The notes under the pieces: model-generated
The model's database searches: none
Told to the model about the DNA's origin: nothing
The model's input: only the letters and a program-made list of their open reading frames with translations
Part shown: positions 1-13,920 of the stretch, one piece after another
How the letters are laid out: every line of letters begins with the position of its first letter
How positions within the stretch are numbered: the first letter of the stretch is position 1
Made by a program: the position numbers and the translations under genes
Origin: the human T2T-CHM13v2.0 reference genome, Homo sapiens
Strand: one strand, 5' to 3'
DNA length: 64,000 bases
NCBI RefSeq assembly: GCF_009914755.1
Contig: NC_060942.1

Positions 1-964
1 AGATAAACTAAAAGCAAGAAAAACATTTTGTCCCAATTAACATACTTCTGAGCAAAAAGATAAAACTTCATAATAATCTACATACATAATTGTCTAGGAA
101 CAAAATGATTTTTATCTCATTAAAACCTGCTTATGTAAACTACCTAACATGATAGCTAATGCCTGGTAGGTTGCAGTTATTCTTCACCTGCAGCCTTTCA
201 GGCCTGTGATGGCCTAAAGTTTTAATAACTATAACCATTTGAAATTCTACACTGGGTACAATTATACTTGTCAGTAAGACTGGCATGCCTTCTGTATTAC
301 TAATTCACACATTTGGGATATTCAAAAATATTCTGATTTTTAACAAAAATACTGCCTATCGTGTGTGATGTGGCAAAATATGTGGCACTAGAAATTTTGG
401 CAGAAATTCATTTGATCCTATCAATCACAAAATAAAGGCAAAATCCAACTTTGCAACAGAATACAAATATACTCCAAGTAAGAGGAAAGACTCAGCCTTT
501 TAGACTCACATTTAACTTTGAATCAGGTTCCAAGGATCTCCACAGACAAGGCATTCATTCCATGTCTTCATTAACTATTTAGAGGTCTATTTATGTGATT
601 GCTAACTCTATGTTTCCATTTTCCATAATGTGACCTGTAGTAAGCATTCACAACTTTGATATCATGGCCCCAGTTCTTTCATTGGATAACTGAGCAAGTT
701 AAACACTGGGTTCCAATTTCCTTATGTTTAAATAACGGGGCATCCCTAGAATTTTGAGTCTCTGCTAAGCAAAGATAGTGTACAGTCCCCTGGCACATTG
801 TACATCCTCATTAATAACAATAGCACACTTATATTTTATGTGTGTGTTGACTCATTTAATTCTCATGAAAACCATAGCATGCAGATTGTTTTTCAAAATG
901 ACCAAAGCAATATGCCTGTTTTCCCATTTTCTTCAGAACCTTGCCATTCTTCATCAAGAAACAG

Positions 965-1412
965 AGTGTCTTTAACCTCCCCTTGAACTGTGTGGGCACT
1001 TGTGACTGCCTCAATCAACAGAATATGGTAGAAGAAAAATGACAAGGATCTGTCATAAAAAGGAATACCTGGCTTTTTCTCCCTTGGGAGGCTTACCTTA
1101 GAAGCCAGACAACAGATGCAAGGAGACCTAGGCCACATGGGGATGCCACATGCAAGTGTTCCAATCAACAGAACCCAGCTAAGATCTTGGCTGGTTGAAC
1201 AGCATCAATCACCGGTCATGGGAGTGAACAAGCCTCTAGATGACTCCAGACCCCAGCATTCAAGTCATCCCAGCTGATGCCAAGTGAAGCAGAACCAAAC
1301 TATCCATGTCCAGCCCTGCCCTCTAAACTGAAGATTCATGACCCCAAAAGAATGGGGTCATGTTGTTAAGCCACAGCATTTTGTGGTGGGTTGCTATACA
1401 GTAACAGAACAA
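965..1412 (+). mobile_element. MLT1 (G/H-like) MaLR solo LTR
   Basis: MLT1 motifs (cttgtgactgcc...acagaatatggtagaag; ttaagccac...ttgctatacagtaacagaaca 3' end). Confidence 0.7.
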
Positions 1413-1539
1413 GGTTGGTAGTATTTTCTCTTCATTTTACACATGAGGAAACTGAGACAAAGAAAGTCCACAGGCTGAACTCTTAAACAATATGCTATAC
1501 TTCCATTTAATAAGTAATTATCAAAAGAATGATTAGTCA

Positions 1540-2737
1540 TTCTGGGCAAGGATTTCTTGAGAAATACCCAACAAGCACAGACAACCAAAGCAAAAATGGA
1601 CAAATGGGATCACATCAAGTTAAAAAGCTTCTGCACAGCAAAGGAAACAATCAACAAAGTGAAGAGACAACCCACAGAATGGAAGAAAATGTTTGCAAAC
1701 TTCCCATCTGACAATGGATTAATACCAAAATATATAAGGAGCTCAAACAACACTACTGGAAAAAAATCTAATAATCCAATAAAAAATGGGCAACAGATCC
1801 GAATAGACAGTTCTCAAAAGAAGACATACAAATTGCAAACAGGCATATGAAAAAGTACTCAATATCATTGATCATCAGAGAAATGCAAATCAAAACTACA
1901 ATGAAATATCATCTCACCCCAGCTAAAATGGTTTATATCCAAAAGACAGGCAATAACAAATGCTGGCAAGGATGTGGAGAAAAGGGAACCTTTGTACATA
2001 TTTGGTGGGAATGTAAATTAGTACAACCACTATGGAGAATAGTTTGGAGGTTCCTCAAAAAACTAAAAACAGAGGTACCACATGATTTAGCAATGCCACT
2101 GCTGGGTATATACCCAAAAGAAAGGAAATCAGTATGTTGAAGAGATACCTGCACTCCCATGTTTATTACAGCATGATCCACAAAAGCCAAGATTTGGAAG
2201 CAACCTAAGTGTCCATCAACAGAAGAATGGATAAAGAAAATGTGGTACACATACATAATGGAGTACTATTCAGCCATAAAAAAGAATGAGATCCTGTCAT
2301 TTGCAACAACATGGATGGAACTGGAGGACATTGTGTTAAGTGAAATAAGCCAGATGCAGAAGGACAAACTTCGCATATTTTCACTTATTTGGGGGAGCTA
2401 AAAGTTAAAACAGTTGAACTCTTGGAGACAGAGAGTAGAATAATCATTACCAGAGGCTGGGAAGGGTAGTGGGGAGTGGGGATAAAGTGGAGATGGTTAA
2501 TGGGTACAAAAATTAAAACAGGATGACTTTAGTCTACAATAATTTAGTTGTACATTTTAAAATAAGAATATACTTAGAATTTTTTAATACAAAGGATAAA
2601 TGCTTAAGGGATGGATATCACATTTACCATGATGTGATTATTACCCATTGTGTGCTGGTATCAAAATATCTCATGTAGCCCATAAATATATGCACCTGCT
2701 ATGTACGCACAAAAATTAAAAATTTAAAAAAAATTTT
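1540..2737 (+). mobile_element. 5'-truncated L1MA (MA2/3-like) 3' end
   Basis: ORF2 C-terminal remnants ([15 protein letters not shown]; [25 protein letters not shown]), L1MA 3'UTR, A-tail, TSD aaagaatga at 1524 and 2738. Confidence 0.9.
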
Positions 2738-4747
2738 AAAGAATGACTCATCTTTGATAATTAGTCATATTGATTTCTTGTGGCATTGCAATGTGCATCT
2801 TATCTAACCAAATGACTTAAAATATATTTTTACATAATTTTTATGTAACTATGTGTTTTTGCCTCTAAGAAATTATTTTACCAAAGGCTAAATGATTGCT
2901 GACAACATATTTTAGGGAGGAATAAAGTTCTATATCAGAAAATAGCTTGTTTCTTGGTCTCTTTTATTTATATTTATTAAAAATATATAAAAAATTGAAA
3001 TTTTACTGCTGAGGGAAGCAATTTCTAAGGAGCTTAACTCAATTAATTTATACCATATTTATAAAACCCCCTCTAAGGAACATTTTAAGACTTAATATTA
3101 GAATTCTGCCAATGAAGAAAAGAGTTATTATGGAAGAAAATAGGTGTGGAATCTAAATTACACACCTTTTGTTTTAAAGTTTGCAACATAATTAGATACT
3201 TTGAAGCAAGATAAATTATTTGGTTAAAAATCTTATTTAAACATTGTTTAAGTTACAATACATGGGAAATATTTATTTCACAGTTGGTTAAAAATTATTG
3301 AATCATTAAAATCCCACAAGCTGATATTGTAATGTGCAAAATAAAGAGCTTAATAAATGGTACTAATTACTAATGGCCATGAAAATGCTCAGATTCCTTC
3401 TCAGGAGATAACTTGCTTTTACTGACCATCACACAGCTACATAATATATGCAAATTTCTTAGGGACTAACTGGACACAATTGCTGAAAGCTTTTTGTAGA
3501 ATTAACCAAAACTTTAAAAATATCAAATCATGGGCCATTATTGGTGTTTTTTTGTATGTGTTACATTTTATAGCTTTCCAAATTTCTGTAATTTTTTTCC
3601 AAATCATTGATTCAAGAAACTGACATTTTCCCCATGTCCAAAAAGAAGAACAGCCATCAGTGACTTCAAAGCCCAACAAGGACAGCTGGCAGCTCTACTG
3701 GGAGCCAAAACAGAAATCAGGGGTTGAGTTTTGTTACATTTTAGTTGGAATAAAATAATGTGCTTTCCTTTGGAGGAAAAAACACAGTCAAGACAACTGG
3801 TGGGGTGTTGTTTTTCTTGGTTCTGTGCCTAAACTCATTCAGCGCCCCAGAGGGCAGGGGTCCTCTCTGTTTAGCACTAGCCTAGGTGTGGCGCATAATG
3901 ATTGACTAATAAATAATTAATATGAACCAAGCTGTTTCAATTGCTGATAATTTGGAGATGATGTTCAAAGAATCATTTTGACCTCTAGGAGTGCAGAAGT
4001 GCAGAGGGGCTGGTGATCTCTAAACACTCTGTTGCACTGATAGCGCCTGTAGCATTAAGTGCTATGGAAGTGCTTGTCTCTGGGCCGTCTTTGGCATGAT
4101 CCCCCCTCGGCCATCTACTGTGCGCCATTAGAGACCGAGAAATGGAATTGCAGCCGCAAAAAGAGGGTGGAAAATTAACTCTGGGCAGGCTGGGATCTTT
4201 GCTCACCCACTCCAGCACTCTTTCTGGCTTGTGACAACAAAAGTCTAAGGAAGATGCTCTGAGCCCTTGCCCCAGAGCCCTCCCCTTGTATTCATTCCAT
4301 ACCTGCTCTTTGCTCCCTGCCCTGGGTTTCCTGGCTACCTATGCCAGCTTTTCTCCCATGAACATCCTTTTTTAAGACTTTCAAACTTGCAGGGAAGTTG
4401 CAGTCATGCTGCGGACTCAATGATGGAGATGACCCAGGCTGGTGGGAACAATCCTGAGGACCATTGCCTAGGGAGATCCAAGCTCTTGAGGGCTGCCTCT
4501 CCCTAAGTCCTGTGCTGTGGAAGAGGCAGTGCACATAGAATTCCCTTTCAAGGGAATACTGCCTATAGGGACTGTGAGGACCACTCAGCTAGGAGCAGTC
4601 AAGGTCCACCTTAGAAAGCTAGGCCACCTTGTCTGGTCTTATCAGCAAATTGATGGCAAAGAGTGGTAAGCAAGTTTGCCCACTTGTATAAAGCACTGAG
4701 GGGGCCTGACTTTGCAGAGTAAACAGCCTCTCAAAGAGCAGAAAGCC

Positions 4748-5016
4748 CTGTAATCTCAGAACTTTGGGAGGCTGTGGTGGGCAGATCACTTGAGGCCAGG
4801 AGTTCGAGACCAGCCTGGCCAACATGGCAAAACCCTATCCCTACTAAAAATACAAAAATTAGCAGAGCATGGTGGCGTGCCCTTACAGTCCCAGCTACCT
4901 GGGAGGCTGAGGCACGAGAATCGCTTAAAGCCTGGAGGTGAAGTTTGTGGTAAGCTGAGACTAGGCTACTCCTCTCCAGCCTGAGCAACAGAGGGAGATT
5001 CTGTCAAAAAAAAAAA
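4748..5016 (+). mobile_element. AluS, slightly 5'-truncated
   Basis: Alu dimer with A-tail; short direct repeat agaaagc on both sides. Confidence 0.92.
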
Positions 5017-5182
5017 TGTAGAAAGCAATTGTCTCAGATGGAGTGATCGTGACATTTGTAGAACAGAGCAGACTCCACCACGGGAACAACTCTACTGAAG
5101 AGGAGGAAACTGGCCTCATGTGCAGGCCTCAGATTCCCTGCAGAGACAGAATACTAACCTTTCCAGGGTGGTCACTGATTTG

Positions 5183-6378
5183 AGGGACTATCCTGTGCAC
5201 AGTAAGAGGTTTAGCAGCATTCCTAGCCTCCCTTGACCAGATACCAGTAGCCAGGGCCAGCTTCAGGGGTAGGTAGCCAGTGTAGCCGCACAGGGTCTCA
5301 CACTCAGAGGCACTCTGTGCTTGGTTTAATGTTCTGCCATTGCTGTCTTAAAATTCTTAATGATCTTATCTTCATAAGACTTGCATTTTGTAAGTGAAAT
5401 TCAATGGAACAATGGAACCCCACCTGCAGAGAGGAGATGTGTACAATTTGTCACTCCTTGCCTCCCCATTTGTATACTCATAAGGCCTTAGCAATGCCCC
5501 ACAAGCACAGAATTACAGTGGCTCACGATGCATGTGAGTTCAGTGAGACTTAAAGCCTCAAAGTTAGTAGAAGGTAAGCACAGGACATCGACAACTGAGT
5601 TGTAGGTAGGTGGAAGGCCATGCTTTCTATTAGAACTATAACTTGCTTAGAACACGAAAAGAGATCATGGCATCCTAGGAAACATAAACAACGAAGGGAC
5701 CCTATCATGTTCTTTCTTGCTCTTGTTACTTCCCTATATTGGCCAACAACTTACACTGAAAACAGTGACATAGAAGGCAAGGGAATGGCAGAGAAGTGCT
5801 TAGTTCCTTTTCCTTTCAGCCCTTCCTAACTCATCAGTGAGCCAAAGGTAGAGCATGTTGGTAGAACATGTGCATATCAGGAAGTGAAAGAAAAACGGTT
5901 CAGTAAGTTTATGCAGCGTTTCCACTGTTCTGGTAAGAAATACATAACCATGTACGAGCTATGAAACTCAACTTGTACAATTTTAGTGATTCAGCATATG
6001 AGTTTAATTTATATTTGAAACTAGTATTGCACAGTATTAAAATGAATAATAAAATTCATGCTCATAACTTTAAATTATAGGGTTTTTTTTAACTTAGTTA
6101 AACATGAAGCGGCAATTTCAAAACACCATGATATGAGGAGACAGAGAGATTAACAGAAGTAAGAAAAACTTTAGATTTTAGTGCATTTAATGATATTTTG
6201 TCCTGCTTTTTGAACAACAGCACCACATTTCCATTTTGCAATGGACCCTGCAAATTATGTAGTTGGCCCTGTCAGTAGTACTCCTTAGTCATGACAAGGG
6301 AAAATGTCCCCAGACATTGCCAAATGTCCCCTGGAGAAGGGAGAGAGGAACAAAATCACCTCTGGTTGAGAACCACTG
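5183..6378 (-). mobile_element. MER20 (hAT-Charlie) split by MER45B
   Basis: MER20 pieces 5183-5251 and 6272-6378 (…ccagacattgccaaatgtcccctgg…ggttgagaaccactg). Confidence 0.8.
5252..6271 (+). mobile_element. MER45B-like hAT-Tip100 DNA transposon
   Basis: TIRs cagggcc…ggccctg, MER45 terminal sequences, ~1 kb, 8-bp TSD ccagtagc/tcagtagt. Confidence 0.8.
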
Positions 6379-6423
6379 CCCTAGACAGTCTTTACCAAAC
6401 TGACAAATAAAGACTGGTAAATA

Positions 6424-6819
<396 letters not shown>

Positions 6820-7042
6820 TCAAGTGTTATGATAAGATGCCAACATTTAAGATCATTTCCTGAATGTTTGGTGCCTCCCAATGTTTGGTGTTTTTCTGTC
6901 AGGACAATGTGAGATTAGAAAAGGATGAGACACATCTCTTTCTTTCATAAAAAGAGAAAAGAGCAATTATGAAAAGTAATGGCTAGATAATAAAAACTGT
7001 AGGTGTTTCTCAAGCAACTTTAAGAAAAAACACGATAACAAC

Positions 7043-7187
7043 AAATTCTAATTCTAAGAAATTCTAATTCTAAGAAAAACTAACTCCCTTAAAATTCTCC
7101 CTGCACCTATATACTGCTTGGAAATTCTAATTCTAAGAAAAACTAATTCCCTTAAAATTCTCCCTGCACCTATATACAGTCTGGAAA
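7043..7187. repeat. 63-bp tandem duplication plus 16-bp duplication
   Basis: 7058-7120 and 7121-7183 near-identical; aaattctaattctaag also repeated at 7043. Confidence 0.9.
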
Positions 7188-7489
7188 GTCTTCATGTACT
7201 TCCAAGGGTATATATAATTTAACTCAGACACCCACTGTGGCTTCAGGATATGTTGGTCTCGGGATGCAATGAAATACAGCAGTTCCCAAAGGCCAGTACC
7301 CAATGGAATCACAACCTCAGCTAGCCCAGTGTCAGCAGTGGGCTCAGTAAGATTGCTCATTAAAATGCCTAAGGATATCATAGAATTCTCTTTCTTACAG
7401 ATTTATGCAAAGTGAGCCTTCAATTAAAGTTAAAAATCTTAAATGCAAATTGTAACTCAAATTTATATATGATGTATCTTCTACTAAGC

Positions 7490-7690
7490 AGATTTTATAA
7501 TGTTTCTCTTTAAATCATTATTGCAACCCTATATGATAAGAAAGAAATTATTATTACTATTCTATAATTAGGTAAACTGAGATTCAGAAAGATGAAGTAA
7601 CTGTCCTCAAATCAAATAGCAGGTAAGTAGAAAAACCTTGTATTAAAACCAAGTTTCTGATTTCAAGCCAAGCAATGTTTTCCTATGCCA
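7490..7690 (-). mobile_element. MIR
   Basis: Degenerate core (aaactgagattcagaaagatgaagtaactgtcctcaa…tctgatttcaagcc). Confidence 0.65.
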
Positions 7691-8536
7691 TGATTCCTGT
7701 ACACCGGCCTTATTTTTTAGGGGATGAAGACATTTTACATACGTATTTTCTATTTTCCATATATATATATATGCATACATATGTATACCTATATCTATAA
7801 TTACCTTTTATAGAAGTTTGACAAACATTTAGGCAATTCAATCCCAGAACCCTCTAAACAAAGTAAGATACTTAGCACATTAAATAACATTAAATATTTA
7901 TTTTCAGACTCATGCACTGTATAAATACTCTATAAATAATAAAAAATGCTGTTTTTATTTCCCATATATAAACTGCTTCTAAGTTAAGTCGTATGACAAA
8001 AATAGAAGCCTTGAACCTAACTTGATAATATACTTACCTCAATAATTTCCCTGTTTGAAATCTGCAGTGGTATGCCCTTCTGAAATGTGGCACTAAGAAC
8101 ACTGCCCCTATTTCTTCATTTGACCTGGATGATTGTCTGAAGGAACATCAAAAGCTGCTTAGAACATCACTGGAGAAGACACAGTGTCAACACTGCCTGA
8201 GGAATTCCTGAGCATAAATGTTGTGGGCCCTGTTTTATTCCTTCCTCAACTGTGACTCTTTATCCATCTAAGAGTCACGCCTGCAAGCAAACAGCCAGGC
8301 AAGAAAGACTGTTCCTAAAGTCCTCAGTGCACATCCAGGTTGGTGTTGCTCGGGGTGGCTGCATGCTCCTGCTTTCTGCCCTGTGTTTTGGAGGACTGTA
8401 CATCATCCACTAGCCTAACCAAAGCAGGACTCATCCGCCTAAGGACAGACAGACCCTCCTGCTTATTGATATGCATGGTTTTGTGCATGCTATGGTAATT
8501 GAATTATTGAGATTTCACCATGAAGAAGTGGGACAA

Positions 8537-8648
8537 CCTGGGCATGGATGGTGGCTGGAGCCTGTAATACTCTGGAGGCTGAAGCAGGAGGATTACTGGA
8601 GCCCAATACCAGCTTGGGCAACATAGCAAGACCCCATCTCAAAAAAAG
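8537..8648 (+). mobile_element. FLAM (free Alu monomer)
   Basis: Single monomer ending gcaagaccccatctcaaaaaaa; TSD gaag(t/a)gggacaa. Confidence 0.8.
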
Positions 8649-8967
8649 GAAGAGGGACAAGATCACTGTCAGTATCTAAAGAGTGGCAATCCTGCAGAGC
8701 TGCCAATGACCAGAAAGGTGTGTTCTTCAAACCAGGGCTAGGCTTGAGGGGAAAGGCCCCTATATGAGCAGCAGAGTTAGAATCTTCTCTCAGTTTATAC
8801 TTAATGGGAAAACTATGAGATAAAAAGAAAGATGATCATTTGTTCATTCATTTATACGACATGTACAGAGCACTTGTATGTGCCAAGAGGAGATGCACAA
8901 GGAGATGGAGAATAAAGAATCAGGCAAGCCACCTGCCTGTTGTGCCTGCCCTTAAGAAGTTAGATCT

Positions 8968-9115
8968 GAACTTCTCAACCCAACCACACAGTCAACTTCC
9001 TGGAGAGCTTTTAAAAAATCCTTATGCTTAGAACACTCCCCTAGAGATTTTTATTTTACCAGCCTGGGTGGTTCCCAGAGCTTTCCAGGTGCACCCAGCA
9101 CTGATAATCCCTGAG
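8968..9115. mobile_element. MER5A-like hAT element
   Basis: ttctcaacc…cctggagagcttttaaaaaatc…ctagagatt pattern. Confidence 0.55.
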
Positions 9116-9322
9116 CCAAAGCACAGATAGTAATGGGGTGAGCTGGAACAGGAACTAAGAAGTAAAATATATTTGCAATCAGATAAAAATTCTGCCCCTT
9201 TAAAGGTATTGGTATGCCAATTTTCTTTGGGTTTTCCCTTCGTATTATTTAATAAAAGTCAACCTCAGCTATGGTTAGAGAAACTAAGGAGAAAACATGT
9301 CTAACCATGCTCAAAGCACCAT

Positions 9323-9918
9323 TTTTTAAAATCGACTAAGGAGATAAGAGTGCAATTTTGTTACAAGAATATATTGATTAGTGGTGAAGTTTGGGCTTTT
9401 TGTGTAGCCATCACCTGAATAGTAGATTGTACCCATTAAGTAATTTCTTATCTCGCACCCACTTCCTGCCTTTCCACCCTTGTGAGTCTCCAGTGTCTAT
9501 TACTTCTCTCCTTGTGTCCATGCATACACATTATTTAGCTCCCATTTGTAAGTGAGAACATGTGGTATTTGACTTTCTGTTTCTGAGTTGTTTAACTGAT
9601 AATGGCCTCTAGTTCCAGTCATGTTGCCACAAAAGACATGATTTCCTTCATTTTTATGGCTGAGTATATGTATGTATGTATGTATGTGTGTATATATATA
9701 TATATATGTATACCATATTTTCTTTATACAATCATCTGTTGATGGATACTTAGGTTGATTCCATATCTTTGATATCTTTGCTATTGTGAATAGTGCTGCA
9801 ATAAACATATGAATGCAGGTATCTTTTTGTTATAATGATTTATTTTCCTTTAGGTAGATACCCAGTAGTGGGATTGCTAGATCTAATGGTAGTTCTAGTT
9901 TTAGTTATTTGATAAATC
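9323..9918 (-). mobile_element. L1PB (PB4-like) 3' end with internal (TATG)n(TA)n
   Basis: L1PB 3'UTR and ORF2 tail (MFIAALFTIAK…WNQPKYPS) on - strand. Confidence 0.85.
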
Positions 9919-11274
9919 AGGAGCCTGGCACACCTTCATCCTGTTCTGGTGGTGGCAGTGGTCATTAAAAGAAGATAACTTCAAGTAGAAGATAAACTTC
10001 AAGGGCTTAAGTTAGGACACACATCAAATACATCTGCTCCCCTTAGAAAGTTTCTTTTCAGCTCTTTAATATGCTCCTTCCTCGAGGACATCTTTATTGT
10101 TGTTTAAAGGCACTGAAGGCCATTTCTTTATAAGGTATATTTACGTACCTAAAAGGACATGACAAAAGGACTCTCTTTCACCTTCAGTAGCTTCTCTGTC
10201 CCCATCCCACACTCCAGCACTCACAAACAGAGCCCCATGCTTGGCCCAGTGGTGCTAAGGGATTATCAGTTGAAAAGGGTTTCTTTACTGGAGCACAGCT
10301 TTAGCCACCCCCACTGCAGGCTTCCCAGGAGGACTCAGACCCAGAGCAAGACACTCACTTTCTTCCCAAAAGAATTGACCCATCTTCCTCTCCAACCTGC
10401 TTTGTTCTCTGCCCTTCAATCACAGCACTCTGACACTTTAGTGTCCTTCTTTATATTAAAGTCCTGCCTACTACCTAGCAGAGTACATAGTTCACAGAAG
10501 ATAGGCAGCAAATATTTGTGAAATAAATGAATCAAATTATATAAAGTGTTTATCCTCCATACTGCCCACCTATTTATGGCCTTAACTGATATCTTCAGCT
10601 CCATTCCCACCAAGGCTGCTGTTTTCTCTTTTCCCAGGCCAGGTGCATGTGACTGAGAGGTTCATGGGGAGAGACCTGCCCCTGTCTAAGGCAGGTACAT
10701 GGAGGCGTGGTCATACCAGTTCTTTCTACTGATGGCCAACAGCTCCACTCAGCTAGCACTGTCCTATAGGCACAACAAAGAATGGCAAGATAAGAGAAGC
10801 CTTACATGTTGTGCTTCTTGACGTAAGTTATTTTTAGAGTAAAGTAACTGTTAATTATTAACTTGTATAGCATGACCTGATCAGGTGGTGAAATAATCTA
10901 CTCTGAAGCATGAGTCGGATTGCAATTAAGGCTGTAGGGAACTTCATTCTAAATTCCCTGGTTGGAGAGTGATTAAAATCTCTTCTACAGTATGGCAATA
11001 AACACATAATTTCCTTTTTTATTCCCCCCAAAATGCAAAAATAAAATGGGAAGGCAGGAATAAGTGCACAAGAATGTTAGAAATAAATTCCATGGAGATA
11101 AAAATTAACAACTTGTGTCAGGCAACACAAGATGTGGATTCCATAGAGCCCTCCTGTCTAAATGTCAAACAGACTCATCATACTTGTCCAGAATAGAGAT
11201 ATTACATTCATAATTTCATGGTATTTCTGGAGTGCCACAGCAACACTTCTCTTAGTTTGAAAAAAAGAAAATAC

Positions 11275-11575
11275 AGCCAGGTGTGGTGGCTCATGCCTAT
11301 AATAGCAACAATTTGGGAAGGTGAGATGGAAGGATCCCTTGAGCCTAGGAGTTCAAGATCAGTCTGGTCACTGAGTGAAACCCCATCTCTTAAAAAAAAA
11401 AAAAGTAAAATTTAGCCAGGCATGGTGGCACATGGCTGTAGTCCCTGCTACTCAGGAGGCTGAAGTAAGAGGACTGATTGAGACCAGGAGGTTGAGGCTA
11501 CAGTGAGCTGTGATTGCACCACTGCACTCCTGCCTGGGTGACAGAGTAAGACCTCATCTCAAAAAGAAAATAAAA
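11275..11575 (+). mobile_element. AluJ
   Basis: Diverged dimer with J diagnostics (ggatcccttgagcctaggagttc; ggctacagtgagctgtgattgc). Confidence 0.9.
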
Positions 11576-12609
11576 GAAGTATAATTTTTTAAAGGAATTG
11601 AGAGAAGGCACTTTACTTTTGTCTGCTCATTGCAGCAAATCCATCAGCTGTGACTATTTGGAATATGGAACAGCATTTTAGCCACATGTTAAAGAAAGAC
11701 AGTTCTACTTTGGCATTTACTTATATAAAGTCGTTCCTTGCTGAAAAGTACATGTGATACATGTGGCACAGAGTAGGTCTTATACAAATGTTAGCTCCCT
11801 TGCCTTTTCTTACATTCATCTCATCTGCCCAGTAAAGGTCATTAGTGAGAGCTAAGATGCTAAACCTCTAAGGATGCTGAAGATGATGATGTGGAACAAG
11901 ATTTTAAAAGAGGCACAGGAGTTATATTAACTAACTCAAAGTCACATAGCAAGTCACTGCTTTTGAAGAAAACACCAACCCTCTCCTAATCCCTAGCTAG
12001 TGACTGCATGGTTGTTTCACCAACAAGGTTTGTGGCTTCTTCCTAAGAACATTCAAGACCAAAGATAATGATCAAAGAATAGTATCCAGGAATATATGTA
12101 TCTGGCTCTGATATAAGACCACAGGATGGTAATGTAGGTCCTAATACCTCACAATACAAATTGACCCTACCTAAGTAATGAAGTATTAAAAACATAATGC
12201 ACTATACCCTCACCAGAAAATCATCATTCAGGGCCATTGAGTGTACTTACACGTTCATCCTCATACCTAAACGTATTCAGCTTTTAAATATAGACGAGAT
12301 CAGAATTATTCAGATCAGCAAGATGGCCATCTGCTTTCAAGCATGCAGCTGCTAGCCTTTAAACAGCAACTTTCCATGATTCATAACTTATTCATCTCAG
12401 GATGCACTCAGACATCTGCTTTATCATCAGCCTAGCTTATTGTAGCATTTTGCTTTAAAGTTTTAATGTCTGCACAGGTAACATAGTGATCCAGTAAGTT
12501 GGGTCTTTTTCCACAGAAAGAATCAACTCTTTAGCTCCTAACTGATGATCCAATGTTGAGATCATCCACATGCAAATGTATATAAGATGCACATTATTAG
12601 TTATTCCTC

Positions 12610-12850
12610 TTTAAAACAACAATAACATCAGTAATAGCTTCCATTTAGCCGACCGTGGGCTAGGCAATTCATCTTTATTTTCACTACCACTCTGGAAAAC
12701 AGATATTATGATATTCATTTTTCAAATAGGCATATCAGCAAGCTTGGATAATTTACCCAATGCCACTAAATGTGAAAGTGACAGAAATTAGTTGTTTGAA
12801 CCCTGACCTATGTGTCCCCAAACCCAAGCTTCTGCAACAACCAACTTTGC
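12610..12850 (-). mobile_element. MIR
   Basis: Degenerate MIR core and tail. Confidence 0.5.
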
Positions 12851-13920
12851 TTCATATTTGAATTGCTATGGAATAACTGAAATACTCTTATCAGTTTTAT
12901 AGAGAAGGAGAGACTATAACTAGTCCAATTCCATTGATTTTCACCTCAAGAAAGCTCATGCATGTGGCACTTAATTAACATAAATGCTTTCAAAACTACA
13001 AAGCACGGTGTGAATTTATTAGGTCTTCTTAGTCTTCTAGACAACTTTTGGTGATTCTGGCTGTCTATTCTTTTACTCTCCATCCCTGACAGCAGCATCC
13101 AGGAGTACATGAAGAATCTAGGAACTGTGCAAGGACAGAGTCCATTTCTCTGCAAGAGAGAAGAGCATCTTATATCCTCTAACTCTGAAGAAAAGGTGCT
13201 GGACATACGGAAGATTCTTTCTAAAGACACCAGTTTTACCTAGTGCACATATTTTTTTTTGTCCCTAACTCTATTATGCAAATTGTTTGTTGCCTCCTAG
13301 TTAATAACTGTGCTGCATACAGAAAAAAGTGGCCCAACTTTCAAATCCTGGTTCTGCAAACTAAAATAGGTCAGGCATTTAGAGCCTCACTTTTATCATC
13401 TGAAAGGAAAAATATAAATAATGGCACCTTTTGCTCTATGTCTTTTTTAAAAATGATACATAAAAGACAACTGAATGACATGAAAAAATTAAGAGTACAT
13501 TGAGTAAACAATCACATCAAAAAATAATATGCATGTCAGGATAAAATTTTTGTTACAAAAATAGAAAGATATATTCATACAGACAAAGGATAGGAAATTA
13601 TATTCAACATATTAGTAATGACTAGTTGAATGATACTGTGAGTGATTTTTATATTTTAATTTGGTTAATTATGCTTTCTAAAATTTCTGAAACTACAGCA
13701 AAAATTTTCAAATGATGAAATATAATTCAATTTTAAATGGTAATGGAAAATCAGAAAATATAGTAATTAGAGAAGAAAGACATGTAGGCAGTCAGTAGCC
13801 AACTTAAACCACCTTTAAAACTGTATGCAGTTGATTTAAAAAGCAAAATTTAAAAAAAAACCCAGTGTTGACTATAATGCAAAAGGTAGTTTAAAAGTAA
13901 AAATGAAGGAAAATAATGCA

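Noticed and set aside
3841-3858. CTCF-like gccccagagggcag
   Set aside because: Imperfect 5' core and it coincides with the common L2 3'-end motif.
8030-8040. ATACTTACCT resembling the U1 snRNA 5' end
   Set aside because: No further U1 similarity; it is simply a consensus donor on the - strand.
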